Below, piece by piece: positions 27,432 through 47,577 of a DNA stretch of 64,000 bases. The position numbers and the translations under genes were made by a program. Where the stretch lies: the NCBI GenBank assembly GCA_012295275.1, contig CM022674.1, positions 17,627,210 through 17,691,209 of the forward strand, in the 5' to 3' direction. How positions within the stretch are numbered: the stretch's first letter is position 1; every line of letters begins with the position of its first letter. Source of the DNA: Chrysomallon squamiferum. Its lineage: Eukaryota; Animalia; Mollusca. A model generated the notes under the pieces. The model did not search any database. It saw only the letters and a program-made list of their open reading frames with translations, and was not told where the DNA came from.

Positions 27432-28809
27432 AAACTATTTGTCAAGGCTAATTAAATAAAAGAGAGAGAGAGAGACAAATAAGATGATCTGGATCTATTA
27501 TGTCTAAATGTCTAAATGTACGTGTTTAAATATTATATTTATGAATGTGGATGTATGTGAAATGGACATATGACAGTTAATGGTATCCATGTTAATGTAG
27601 ATATAAGTAAACAACAAAAAATTTTCACTGCAACTAAATAACATCCATACCCTTGCACAATGTCAGTGTTGACTTGAGACATGTTGTGTGATAAACACGG
27701 GTTAAGAGTATAGTTGTAAGACTTCCCTGAACTCACAACTCATAGGTCATGGTAAAGAAAAGAATTGGTGAAGTGTGAAATATGAAACATAATAACCACA
27801 ATGAACAACAACAAAAATTGAAATTGTAAATAGTAAAATCCTATTTTATTATCTGATCTTAAAACCACAATATTCCTGAGAATGATAATGTTGATGATGA
27901 AGATAATAATTATGATGATTATCTTGATGACAATAATAATGCTGCTGCTACTGATGAAGATGATTATAATAATAGATGATGGTTGCAGAAATGGTGTTTT
28001 TATGCTGGTGATATTACCAGTATATTGTGATAAACATGATAACATAAGAGATGTTTGTGGTAAATTTCTGGTAAATCAGTGATAACAATCATCACACTTA
28101 TAATGGTAAAAGTCAAATTTAATATTTTGTAATAATGATTATGATGATCATGGTTGTAATATGTTGTAAAAGCTGATGATGGTGCAGATGATAATCCATG
28201 GTTGAATGTTACCAGTGATAGCAGTGTTGGTAGTCAAAGTAATAATGTTCTTGTGGTTGTGGTTTAACAGTACATGGTAAAGTTAGTGTTTGTGTTAGTG
28301 GTTTTGACTGTAAGACCAGTTACAAAACAGTTTTGAAGAATAAGCATATTCAGTTTTAAATAATATGTCAGAATACAAATTAATAATTTCAGTCAAAAAT
28401 CATTTTAATTTTGTTATGATTTATTTATTTAGCTTTTTTTTTTCTTCTTAATATTTATTATTACAATGCATGTATTTATTTATTCAATTTATTTTAAAGA
28501 AATAATCCTCTTTTTTATTACTTACAAAAAGAACCCCAGTGTAGTTAAGTTAATTTAGATGTATTTGCATAAAAAAAATAAGAAGCAGCATTTATAAAAA
28601 TTCGAATACATTACAAAAATCTGCATGCATTACCTCGGCAAGCCATCACTGCGTTGTAAACTTTTCAAATCAATTATGTCTCTTGTGCTTATAACCAGTT
28701 TACATGAGCCTATTTGTATAAACGGGACAGCTACATAGTCATTAGAAACGGCAGATTCAGGAGAATTAATCAGCATAAAGACGACAAAACTAATGATTAG
28801 CGAACTCAT
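25012..28809 (-). CDS. Signal peptide + MRH (M6P-receptor homology)-like ectodomain, 5 exons (28809-28634, ~27732-27629, 26898-26768, 25548-25440, 25072-25012)
   Basis: Translation: MSSLIISFVVFMLINSPESAVS...CKLVISTRDIIDLKSLQRSDGLP / SGKSYNYTLNPCLSH...GYGCYLVA / VCKFNIKEQKQYFTLG...LVFTGDK / SVQQRKTIIKLICD...IIEDSGVGNV / TAELHHQCCCPNGC. The IDL-L, YxYxxNPC, YxxLG, RxTxIxLxC and terminal CP pattern matches MRH domains. Exon 2-5 phases agree; the exon 2 acceptor is uncertain. Confidence 0.72.
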
Positions 28810-28949
28810 CGCATTTCTTCTCACATACGAGAGTTCCGATAACAACCACCGATCGGAAACTGCTGGTGTGATGTCACTGTTCAACGTTTACTAAAATCGG
28901 GTCATAAGCTGAATTAGGTCAGGTCGTCCTGTCAATAATTGCGCTTCTT

Positions 28950-29012
28950 GAAATTCATTGGTTAACGTATTTTTAAAAATGACCGGCCGAGTCTGCAATA
29001 AACCACGCCCAA
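28950..29012 (-). promoter_or_regulatory. Candidate proximal promoter of the MRH-domain gene (CCAAT and GC/KLF box)
   Basis: ATTGG at ~28956-28960 and CCACGCCC at ~29003-29010 lie 150-200 bp upstream of the ATG at 28809, in a locally CpG-richer patch. Confidence 0.35.
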
Positions 29013-29452
29013 TATCATTGTTATTTTAAATACGTGCTCTTAATCCTTGGCTAGAAGCAAGTGTAAATATTTCAAATAGGATTAAAGATATTTTGTACTG
29101 ATTAACTGTAGTTATGTAATTTAAATGTAATAATGCCACAGAGACAGCAGCACTCAAAAATTAAGCTAAATGTTTTTCTTTGGTTCTTTTTTTAAATTTC
29201 ATGCGGATGGTTGATAAAGGGAAGCAACCAGTAAAGTGTATATAATGAAAGCTGTTGCTGTTAAATCCCTTTGACATACGGATTGCGCTGGCAGTATAAT
29301 AATTTTATATTTTTTTTTTTATTTTTTTTTTTTTGTTAGTTTTGTTTAGTTAGTTAACATATTGGTATTATATTTATTAGTTGTTTTTTTGTTTTTTTTT
29401 TTTTTTTTTTTTGTTTGTTTTTGTTTTATTTGTTTTATTTGATTATGGTGAT

Positions 29453-29498
<46 letters not shown>

Positions 29499-30819
29499 TT
29501 TCTTTGTCATAAAAAAAGATGGAACGAATATTAAGAAGAAGGAAAAGAAGAAATAGCATTTAAAATGATCAGCTTGTCATTAGGCCTATACATTTCTTTT
29601 TTTTTATTTTATTTTATTTTATTTTCATTGTATAGTTTAATTTTAATGTAGTTATGTGTGAAAATACAAGTTTTCTCATTAAGAAATATCCAAACACATT
29701 TGAAACAGTAATAACCCCAAGCACAGCGACAGGGAACGATCACCCAACCTTCAGCACGATATACTCTTAATTTTCAGATGTCATTATAGTTTCCATAGAT
29801 CACGTGACCAAGGACAGCGACACGTGTTTAAAAGTGGCCTGTTCATAGTGTTTTTAGTGAAATGGACATGTAGATCGATTGGTATTAACTCCAGATGCTT
29901 TCCGCAATAAATATTAAAATCCAGTTTAATACGTCCACAAATGTTGGTGCGATTATTATTTGCGCTAAATTCATTTGTTTGTTTGTTTTTGTTTTTTTTT
30001 TTTTTTTTTTTTTTTTTTGTTTTTTTTTTTTTTCAGTTTTCTTTTTTTGTTTTTTTGTTTATATTTTTTTTTTTTTATTTATTTATTTATTTATTTATTT
30101 TTTTTTTTTTTTTTTTTTTTTTTTCTAGAATGACACTGTATTATTCATGGACAGACGATATGACAGGAAGATACTGAATATCAGAAAGAATTCTAGCTAC
30201 AAACAACACCAGGAAATATAGAAATTACAATGAAACCTTTTTTCGAATGAAAGTTCATCTACATGTTATTAAAAATGTGTAAACACTGAGTGAAGCCCAA
30301 CAACATATTAGTTCCAGAAGCGAGATATCTAAGTGAAGCGTGCATACAACCCATTCTTAAACTGACACCCTGCAGTCTTCATTAACTGCGCAAATACAAT
30401 TTTCTGTCTATTTATAGATGCCACAAAGGATGTTTTGGCCTTCTGTTCCTTTCAAATATTTAATAATCGACAATGAACTAAACCAAACACGTTTATTTAA
30501 ATAAGTTATGTTACTGAAACAATGACATTTATTATATTAATGTTGGTATTTCCCTGTCTATAAATAGCAAGAACCGTAACTCTGGATGAAATTATCCGCA
30601 ACGGTTCAGTGTGTAAACCAGTGTATTTGATGCATTGAATTTGTAGAGAGACAGAATGTATTCCCTAGCGAAATCCTCTGCTTAAGTATGTTGTGTTTGT
30701 GTCTGTTTTTATATGTTTATACCTAGTGTGTCTGCATAATTAATGTGTATATAATATTGTTATAATGTTTGAATGTATCTGCGTGTCTTTGTATATGCAT
30801 TTGTATGTGTACGTGTGTT

Positions 30820-30861
<42 letters not shown>

Positions 30862-31139
30862 TGTGTGTGTTTCACGTCGGTTTTTAAATGACACAAAAGA
30901 CAGAAAGGTAAAAGGCAATTTTACTAAACAAGAGACAACTAACAAAACATTTTTTGAAAAACCTGATCCACGACAGTTCACAACAATATATGCAACATAA
31001 CAATACATGACTTGTCAACCCTCACAGTCTCTTAAATAGCGTTATGAGCGTAGGTGTGTATATATGTATGTATATTATGTGTGTGTATGTTTTTTTTTTT
31101 TGTGTGTGTGTGTGTGTGTGGTAAACCTATATATATATA

Positions 31140-32138
31140 GATTACAGCCAATATGTGAAAGAAGTCATCTGGTCTAATGCCTGAAATGTTTAGGTTTAGC
31201 CTAACTCCCAAGACTGTCAGACATTTGGCCTAATGTCTAAGATTTCCAATAAATAGACCAAACGACTGAAATAGACCTCAAGTCATTAGGCAAAATGACT
31301 GAATGAAAAAGAGTGACTTACAATTGGATGAAGAGATTTATTTCGTAACTCATATAGTAGTGTTCTATTTATTACAGCAGTTCAAACGTTTGTTCTCGAA
31401 ACATACACGTTTTGTTTGACACCTCTTTTTTCCTCTATAGTTGCATTTCACAATCCCTTGTCCTCCTGCGTAACTCCTTTGACACTGCTGCTCTAAAAAC
31501 ATTTTAACACATCATACAACAAAAGCAGTCTCTGGGAGCATACATCAAACTGGTTCTTGGTAGACTGTTCATTGTCATCAGTATCTACAATCACACCCAG
31601 CAGGCTCCTGGGGTCACCACGGCCCCTGTCCACAGCTGGAACAGGCACTGCCACGTTGTCTCTCTCTCCTTCTTCTCCGGCAGACAACACAACGCGACTG
31701 CGTTTGATCATCCGCTCGTCTTGCTGAAACTGTTCATCTTCGGCGAATTTTTACTTGGCGCTGACGTCGACACAGGAACTCTACTTTCGGCGTCAACTGG
31801 TCATCCTCGGAGTGGGACCGCAGCTGGTCAGACCTGGCGTCTTCATCTGTTTGGCGTTTCTTGCTCAGTTTCTGCACGTCTGCGCACTTAAGAATTTCAA
31901 ACGTGGACATGAGGTAGTAAGTACACGTGGTGGGTTTCTCCTATGGTCAGCAGATATTTTCTTTAGCTGGTCCATAATCAAGAAGTACTTATCCTTTGGA
32001 ATGTACACTCCCTGCGTAACTCATACTTCTTAATCAATCACTCTTAAAACGGACTTCCAAAAGAACCACAGTGATGGAAAAATAAGTGATCTGAATGCAT
32101 TCAGGAACTACTGCATTTTATACCACCTATTATCACGG

Positions 32139-32140
<2 letters not shown>
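31140..32140 (-). mobile_element. Integrase-type DNA transposon remnant (KRABA2/SCAND3-like, Ginger-related), copy 1
   Basis: MIKRSRVVLSAGEEGERDNVAVPVPAVDRGRGDPRSLLGVIV...NQFDVC followed by a decayed GQG..CNC Cys-rich tail, typical of the C-terminus of KRABA2-like integrases. Confidence 0.65.
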
Positions 32141-32190
<50 letters not shown>

Positions 32191-32674
32191 CACACACACA
32201 CACAAACACACGCATGCATATGCATACATACATACTAACAATACATACACACATAGTTATATGTATTGTTTTTCATCACCGTTACAAACATCCTAAGGGA
32301 TTAAGTAAATCATCTTTGTTTTGTTTTCAAAGATAAAACGTTATTTAAAATATTATCATAGTGGGGAAAAACGCCTCGCTTGGACATGCCATCAGCAAAT
32401 TAAAATAAAATATATTTAACTATAGGAACCAAAGTTATAAAGCCAAAGTCGTCAAGTTACAATCCATCCAATCTAACAACAGACATATGATTAATTAAAA
32501 TACCTAAATACTTAATACATTAATACATAATGATATTAGCCGCCTCAAAATATGTCTTACCCGAGTAAATTGATTACGGCAATAATCTTGACAACAACTA
32601 AAACACCTAAATACATTAATACGTAACGATATGAGCCGAGTGCTATAAAATAACGCAAAGACCAGTGTCCAGTT

Positions 32675-32760
32675 GACCTGTCAGAAAGCGTGCCCGTCGC
32701 AGACGTGCTTCACAACAGCTTGCTCTGATTAGCACGTTAATTTTTTTCCTATCCTATCCT
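32675..32760 (+). mobile_element. 86-bp 5'-truncated retro-insertion with (ATCCT)n tail and 11-bp TSD
   Basis: TSD AGTGTCCAGTT at 32664-32674 and 32761-32771. The paralogous site at 51094-51104 is empty. Confidence 0.85.
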
Positions 32761-33034
32761 AGTGTCCAGTTACAACGCACTTGGCTGTCCAGCACTAAAC
32801 ACTTCGGAACTCGGCTCATCTCACTTTCATTTTTATATTTAGACTGGACCCCATTGCTCCCAGACTGCATTCCCCAAAGTATTTATATAGCAAAATACCC
32901 ACGGTTAAAATCACCAAAGACAAAAATAAACACGGTTATAATATTCATGAGTTTTTGCATAAACTAGATTTTGTGTTTATAATCAACCTTTTATATGTCT
33001 GTGTGTTTGTATTTATGATTATTAGTTGTATTAA

Positions 33035-33099
<65 letters not shown>

Positions 33100-34415
33100 A
33101 TTTTAGTATTATTTGATTGTTCGTTTTATTTTTATTTATTTATAGTTATGTTGACGCATATATATATATTGAAATAAATAAATTAATAAATAAATAAAAC
33201 AGGGACAAATTTAAATAAATAATTCAACAAATAATCAAATGAACACACAAACAAACAAACTGAAATAAAGAACGAAAATGTTTTTCTTTTATTACAGAGA
33301 TAACACGAATTGTTTTCAAATCTACAGACAACACTGGTAGAAGTTTCAGGAATGTTTCCTCCACAAAATACATTTTTATATCAGCAGTGAGGATCATTTT
33401 ACAAACTATTTTATACAGTACAACACATACTATAATTTTTATATAAAGTCAGCACTAGCAAACACGAATGTGATAAAGACAAACTCGATAAAGCTGCGAT
33501 CGATCCTAATAATCTACCGGTATCAGGAGAACTTTTCAAATACCAGTAATAGTTCTCGTTTTTATATTATCATAAATTTATCTTTATCCAGAACACGAAT
33601 TAAAATAAAATAATTCAGCAACATTTGCTTACATAAATTTAAATTTAACAACTCTTTCCAAAGAAAACAATTATAAAACTAAATTTAACAAGTGTTATAA
33701 ATTTACATTTAGCAATTGTTTCAAAATTATATGTAATAAATGCTAAAAGAAATAAACAATTCAGATATTTTCTTTCTGGTTTTTTTTTTTTTTTTATGAC
33801 ATTGTTTTCAGTATTTTGATTAAACAAAACATTCCTGTAAATTGGAATAGTGTTTCGTTTTTTATTTTTATTTCATTTCTCAAGTTAATAATTTAGGCTA
33901 GCACTATTGTATCGTTTCAACTAATAAAACTGTTTTAATTAAAAAAAGACGACTGTAGAGTTTTCATTACAGTTTTAGTTCAAAACAGAAGTTGTTGGAA
34001 TTTTCACCACAGATTTAATTCAAATCCGAAGATACTCGAATTTTCTTTACAGTTTTAGTTAGAAGGTGAAGATGAATGAATTTCCATTATAATTTTAGTT
34101 CAGAAAAGCAAATGGTGGAATTTTCAGTACAGTTTGAATTCAAAACAGAAATAGGTCGAATTGTCATAACAGTTTTCGTTCAAAATTGAAGGTGGTCGAA
34201 TTTTCTTTAGAGATTTAGTCCAAAACAGGAGATTGTGAAATTTTCATTACATTTTTAGTTCAAAACAGAAGACGGTCATTTTTGTAATTACAGATATAAC
34301 TTTAGTCAGAAGACAGACAAATGTTCCTAAAACTATTTGTTCAAAACAGAAGATGGTGGAATTTCTATTACCGTTTCAATGTATAACAGAAGATGTTCAA
34401 ATTCTCAATTCTGAT

Positions 34416-36834
<2,419 letters not shown>

Positions 36835-37509
36835 TTTATAAATGGTATCAATGTCGAAATTCAGATATCTGTTTTCAGAACTAAATTAATCTAATTATAT
36901 AAAGAGAATTTAATTGTTATTTCAGAGAGCCAAATAAACTAATAATTTCTTCTACTAATGTTTCCAAGACACTGTCACTACCAAACTGAACTCTTCAAAT
37001 ATATTAAACGTTTGACACAAGCTTCTGTTTTCAGTCCTGTGTTAAATAAAACCTTTTCTAATAATTCCTGCAGCTTCTCTTCGTTCAGCTCAAAAATACA
37101 GAAGCCAAATAGAATGGTAATCACATTCGGTTAACAAGTATTTGATGCTACAGTGAATATGGATAATTTAATTAATAATGTAGTGATTATGGATATTTTT
37201 GTGTAATTCGTACTGATTCTTTCAATTCATCTGAAAGAAATAGAAGGCGAACAGAATTGTTTATTCGTATAATAGTCATCAGGGAAATGATCATTTGAAA
37301 TATGATTTGTTCTGTCTTGCTTCAGCGATTGGTTTAGGGCGAAATGTTTGTTATCTTTCTTTTTGTTGCTGTATCTTTGTGGGTTTTTGTTACTGAGGGG
37401 AGTGTGTGTTTATATGGTTGTTCTGTTTATTTGTTACTGAGTCATGTTGTTGCTTTTGTTGTTCGTACTGTTCTTTTATTGTATTAATATATATTTGTAA
37501 GTGTATATC

Positions 37510-37905
37510 GTGTGGGATCTAGTAGGTTTAGAGGAAGCTAGTATGTACATCTTGTTAATTTTTTAGTAGTAGTAATTGTAGTAATAGTATAGTAGGTTTA
37601 GAGATAGCTAGCATATATATCTTGTTAATTTTTTTGTAATAGTAATTGTAGTAACAGTATAGTAGGTTTAGAGGAAGCTAGTATATACATCTAGTTAATG
37701 TTTTAGTTGTTGTAATTATAGTAATAGTATAGTAGGTTTAGAGGAAGCTAGTATATCTAGTTAATGTTTTAGTTGTAATTATAGTAATAGTATAGTAAGT
37801 TTAGAGGTAGCGAGTATGTACATTTTGTTAATTTTTTAGAAGTAGTAATTGTAGTAACAGTAAAGTAAGTTTAGAGGTAGCTAGTATGTACTTCTTGTTA
37901 ATTTT
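37510..37905. repeat. ~60-bp minisatellite upstream of FReD copy 1 (shorter array at ~56190-56420)
   Basis: Repeated 'tagtatagtaggtttagaggaagctagtat.tacatcttgttaattttt'. Confidence 0.8.
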
Positions 37906-37959
37906 GTTCTAATGTCACTAAACAAAAGTCAAATCAAATCACCTTTTCATACTGCTGGT

Positions 37960-38085
37960 TCTGAAAATGATTCCATTCCATGGGATAAAAGTTATATCCC
38001 CAGAAATGGTTTCGTATTAACTGGGATTTGAACGCTATCTTCACCCCACACATTTTCCCATATCAGCAGCGTCTGATTCTCATTT
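37960..38085 (-). mobile_element. tRNA-derived SINE-like fragment (also ~56480-56600)
   Basis: Minus-strand B-box-like GCGTTCAAATCCCAGT. No full tRNA cloverleaf is visible. Confidence 0.4.
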
Positions 38086-38125
38086 ATCCAAATTAGTCTG
38101 TGATCTGATGATAATAATTACAAAA

Positions 38126-38160
<35 letters not shown>

Positions 38161-38197
38161 AAGAAAACAAAAATAAATAAACAAACAAATAAATAAA

Positions 38198-38270
<73 letters not shown>

Positions 38271-38799
38271 CATACACAGAGAATAAAAGAAAGAGGGAGA
38301 AACAGAGAGAGACACAGAGAAATAGAGAGAGAATGACAGCTGTGTGAGAACTACAGCGAGACAACGATTCTTTCTCTGAATTAGCAAACTCAGCTGAAAT
38401 TAATCGTGGAGTAAGCTTTAATCTGATGGTGCCTAGAGAACTTGCATTTGCCTTGTTTGATCTGTATCTGGTATGAATGGAAATCAGATACCGAATTTCT
38501 TGTTTATGGTGCGTTTCTTGCCCGTAACGTCCTAAAACTTTAACCTACGTTCACCCATGAAAGACCTCCTAAAAAACTTGAACAACGAGTACGCAAATTT
38601 CACAAAGCTGTCACTTGAAATTCATTAACCTAATTATTAATTTATGAAGAGTTCGGGACGCCAACATTGAATATTAAACGGGTAGAACTGGTGTTTTATA
38701 TCGTTGTGTGAATGACCGAACCACTTTTGAAACGAGTTAGTGGTACAGTCCACCCGCTTCAGAAATGTCTACCTTAAACTGAAGAAGCTTGAAATTATA

Positions 38800-39165
38800 T
38801 TTATTTATTTATTATATGTTATATTATATTATATTATATTGTATTATCTTATATTATATTATATTATATTATATTATATTATATTATATTGTATTATCTT
38901 ACATTATATTTACATTACTATAATATAATAAATAGAATAAAATAGCACAGTATAACACATACTGCATAATATAGTATAGAATAAATAGTATAATATAAAT
39001 ATAGTAGAATATAATATAGTATAGTATAGTATAGTAAAGTATAGCATAGTATAATATAATATAGTATAGTATAGTATAGTATAGTATAGTATAGTATAGT
39101 ATAGTATAGTATAGTATAGTATAGTATAGTATAGTATAGTATAGCATAGCATAGTATAGTACAGT
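38800..39165. repeat. (ATATT)n / (ATAGT)n pentanucleotide microsatellites
   Basis: Directly visible; they produce the spurious YYTIL-type ORFs. Confidence 0.9.
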
Positions 39166-39393
39166 ATTTCAAATGTCTTTAAAACTGGAACCTCTGCACT
39201 CAACAATAATAACAGTAAAACAAGTTTTAGTAAAACTGAAATAACACAAACATCTATTCAATTCAAGGAAAGAATCATTTGTTCACTTTAAAAATATGTC
39301 TCATCTGATTATTGAATTTTTTCATTATACTTTTCCAGTTCTTAACCTCTACCTCCATCCCTCCTATGTTTCTAATTTATTGGATTTTTAAAC

Positions 39394-39440
<47 letters not shown>

Positions 39441-39760
39441 TAAATAAATAAATAAATAAATAAATAAATATTGTAAAAATCCGTCCTCTGCTCTCTGAAG
39501 TTTTGTGAGCCAAGTCAAGAAGACTATTTTAGCAATTACTAGTTTACCTTTCAGATACAGAGACTTGTTGTAATGTGTTAATTCTGTTTAATATTATTTA
39601 TTCATTATTTAGTCTGGAAGAGAGAATTCTAAACACCAAGATGTAACATACTGTTATTAATTAATGCGTTTTGATTAAAATCTAACATAAAATACTGTTG
39701 ATATGTATATATATACAACAGAGAAACATACAGACTCTATTCATTAAGAGATTTGTAATG

Positions 39761-39799
<39 letters not shown>

Positions 39800-39897
39800 A
39801 ATGTGAAAGTATTCACTTTAAATTAATCATTATTTTATTTCTTTTCTCAAGATATTTAATTTTGGTTTCTAGTATATTGTAAATATTTGGTAGACTC

Positions 39898-39967
<70 letters not shown>

Positions 39968-40134
39968 AAGAAGATGATGATGAATGATGATGAAGAAAAA
40001 AAAAAAACAGAAGTAGAAATTATTAATTAATTAAATTATTTTCCAGCATATATGAAACAACATATCTATCTGAAGAGAGGTCACACTAATTAGATAAAAT
40101 TATAAATACAAATAAAAAATTAAAATTTACAGAC

Positions 40135-40201
40135 CTTGTGCTGAACCTGTAACTAACGCCACCCCTATTACAACAACCTGCCAATACAGGGCACCCATCA
40201 T
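40135..40201 (-). other. Orphan signal-peptide-like first exon
   Basis: ATG at 40201 reads MMGALYWQVVVIGVALVTGSAQ, then a phase-1 GT donor. No convincing downstream exon was found. Confidence 0.4.
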
Positions 40202-40717
40202 AGTTGTCTGCCCGAGCGTTAATCTTTAACGTCCAAAAGGCACTGATGTTTTAGTTTAACTTCCCCGACAAACGACGCTTTTCTAGTAAATATCCACCCG
40301 TATTTCACCCACATATTAATCAAGGAGGAAGGCGTTCGTCTGGTCTTTCAAAATAAAAATAGATACCTCAGTTACACTGGCAGTGATCATGGCAGAACGA
40401 AAACCGGTTAAGCAGGGTTTTTTTGTTACGACGTAAAGTGACGGTTCATGATTCGGTGTGTTATTGTTTTTATTTTTATTTTTTTAAATATTTATTGATT
40501 TTATTTGTATTTATTTCTTTACTTTTTTTGCCTATTGTTATGGACATTTTTGTTGTTTTATTGTTATTATTGTTTATTATTATTAGTAGTATTATTAATA
40601 TTAATACTACTATAATAACAACTGCTACATTATTATTAGCATCATCAAGAACATTATCATCATATTTATTACTTAGTTATACATTTTTCTTTTTATTAGA
40701 TTGCTTCGCTGTTTTTA

Positions 40718-40763
<46 letters not shown>

Positions 40764-41169
40764 TTCCCTATCATTACCTTTCTCAAATTTTATATTAAAA
40801 ACATTCATAAATAGCTCAGTTTCAAAATGATGTCAAGAGGTTTATTGTAACGGCTATGAGGAAAACAATTAAAATAGCAAAAACAACTTTACCGTGTGCA
40901 AATGGTTGTATACGTATACACATATGCTTGCGCAGCATTTGTGTCGGTTTGTATGCATGTCAGTATGTATGCATGTGTTTTAGTGCATCTGTGTTGAAAA
41001 AAATATCAGACTGTTATTTCACTAGGGTTTGTTTGTTCTGTTGTTATTTTACTTTTGTTTTTTTCAAGATTTTTCCTTATACTGTCACAGCTTATTTGTA
41101 ACCTTTTTGAAACGATATTTACTCAGAATTATTTTCTTTTCAATGATGATGATGATGATGACGTCGATG

Positions 41170-41204
<35 letters not shown>

Positions 41205-41488
41205 CAACAATGTTATCGTCATCATCAACATCATCATTATTATTAAAAGCTAATAACTGAAAACAGAAACAGTTTTCTTTTACAAAATATTAGTTTAAGT
41301 TTATTTTTCTGTTAGTCTCTGTATTTAAAAATATACACATAAGTAAAGCTATAAATGTTATCACAATTATGTTATGATAATAAGAGAAACACTAGTATGT
41401 TAAATTCACTTTTTTTAAATTAAGTACATATATGCACATTGAACATACATACATACATACACACCTACATACTTTGATAAATTTTGAT

Positions 41489-41523
<35 letters not shown>

Positions 41524-41863
41524 GATGCATTCATATATATATATATATACACACACATATGCATACATACATAATCTAATGGATATGAAGAGACGTAACG
41601 ACAGATACATAATAAAGTGTAAAATAAAGAACGTAAGAAGTAAAGTCAGACGTAATCAGTAAACAGATTAGTAGTTAGACACAGTTTGTCTTCTGGAATG
41701 ATATCTTTACATTTAATGAAAGTCACAGCAATAAACAAAACAGATAATTAAATGTTCATCTTAAAATATAATTATTAGATTAGCTGATATTAACATCTTA
41801 AATATTCTAATTTATCAAAGTGTATACATTATAATTTAATGTTAAATGTTTCCATACTTCAGT

Positions 41864-46220
<4,357 letters not shown>

Positions 46221-46261
46221 TCTTCCGTTTAGAATTATCTGTATTAAAGCAGTAGATTGTA

Positions 46262-46665
46262 CTGATAAAAGGATATTAAGATGAGAGTAGAACGATAGTA
46301 AATTATACAAGTATATTAAGAATAATAGTAAATAATATCAAGTATATTATATTGATACAGAATATTAAGTAGTATAACAGTAAAATGTAATGGATACAAG
46401 TGAAGGGTATTAAAAGGTAGTATAACAGTACATTATAATCATACAAGGATATTAAGATGAGAGTAGCATAACAGTAAAATGTACTGAATAAAGGTATTAA
46501 GAGTAGTATAACAGTACATAATAGTACAGTACAAGGCTATTAAGATGAAGGATATATACCAGTAAAATGTGAGTGAAGTAACAGTAAAATGCAAATATTG
46601 AGTAGTATAACAGTACATTATAGTCATACAAGGATATTAAGATGAGAGTAGTGTAACAGTGAATT
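46262..46665. repeat. Degenerate ~30/60-bp minisatellite immediately upstream of the ATG at 46220
   Basis: Repeated 'ggatattaagatgagagtag' and 'gtagtataacagtacatta'. Confidence 0.7.
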
Positions 46666-47033
46666 GCATCAGAGTACAACAAGACGCCCAATCCTGTTTA
46701 TCCTCCAGTGCTTACGTAATTTGACAAACACGAACAGATGTAATCTGATAGAAATTCACAACTCGTATCTACGTTACAGTTCTTAAAACATCAGTTCACT
46801 AACACTGATAACAACATGTTAACAAAAAATCATAGGCTAGAGTCCATTTCAATTTCCACGTTAATAAATATTAAAATGTATATATGTATGTTATAATTTT
46901 TAACGAAGAAATCTTATGCATTTTCATTAAGCATAATTATGAGCAGTGAACTATGAATATCATCGTAAAAATATACACGTAAGTTTTTCTTAAATTCAGT
47001 TTACAAGGAATCAGGTATGACGGGTGTGTGTGT

Positions 47034-47081
<48 letters not shown>

Positions 47082-47534
47082 TGATTAAACAAGAAATTAT
47101 AATTTATAAATATAAACTTTACTTAGCTAGACGTTTAACTTGAAAGACTATTTCGACAAACAATGAAACTGATACATTACAAACAAAGATACATTTACTG
47201 CAGTTTCCAGTTCGTTAAATACAGAAACTTAAATCGGTATAAAACATTCACTTCCTGGTCCATATAAATCCAAATAATGTCAGATTTTCATAAAGACATG
47301 TCACTTTATAATCCAGTATTGTTTAAATATTAAATATGAACAATACATTTAGATACATTTTAGTTTATAAACTGATAAAAAGATATTATACAAATATATT
47401 AATGAAAAACTGTATTATATTCACTTTCAAGGCAGTTATAAATCACATACTTTGATAAAAATAGGCAATCTTATATCTATTACTTTTCATAATATTCATA
47501 AAAAGACTATTTCTTAAAGTCACGTTAAGTAAAA

Positions 47535-47577
<43 letters not shown>

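Noticed and set aside
28634-28646. Alternative short first exon ATG-GCT-TGC-CGA-G (MACR)
   Set aside because: The longer frame supplies a signal peptide and the IDLxxL..G.P motif expected of the domain, so it was preferred.
30122-30135. CTAG at the duplication edge as a Helitron terminus
   Set aside because: There is no subterminal hairpin, matching opposite end or Rep/helicase remnant.
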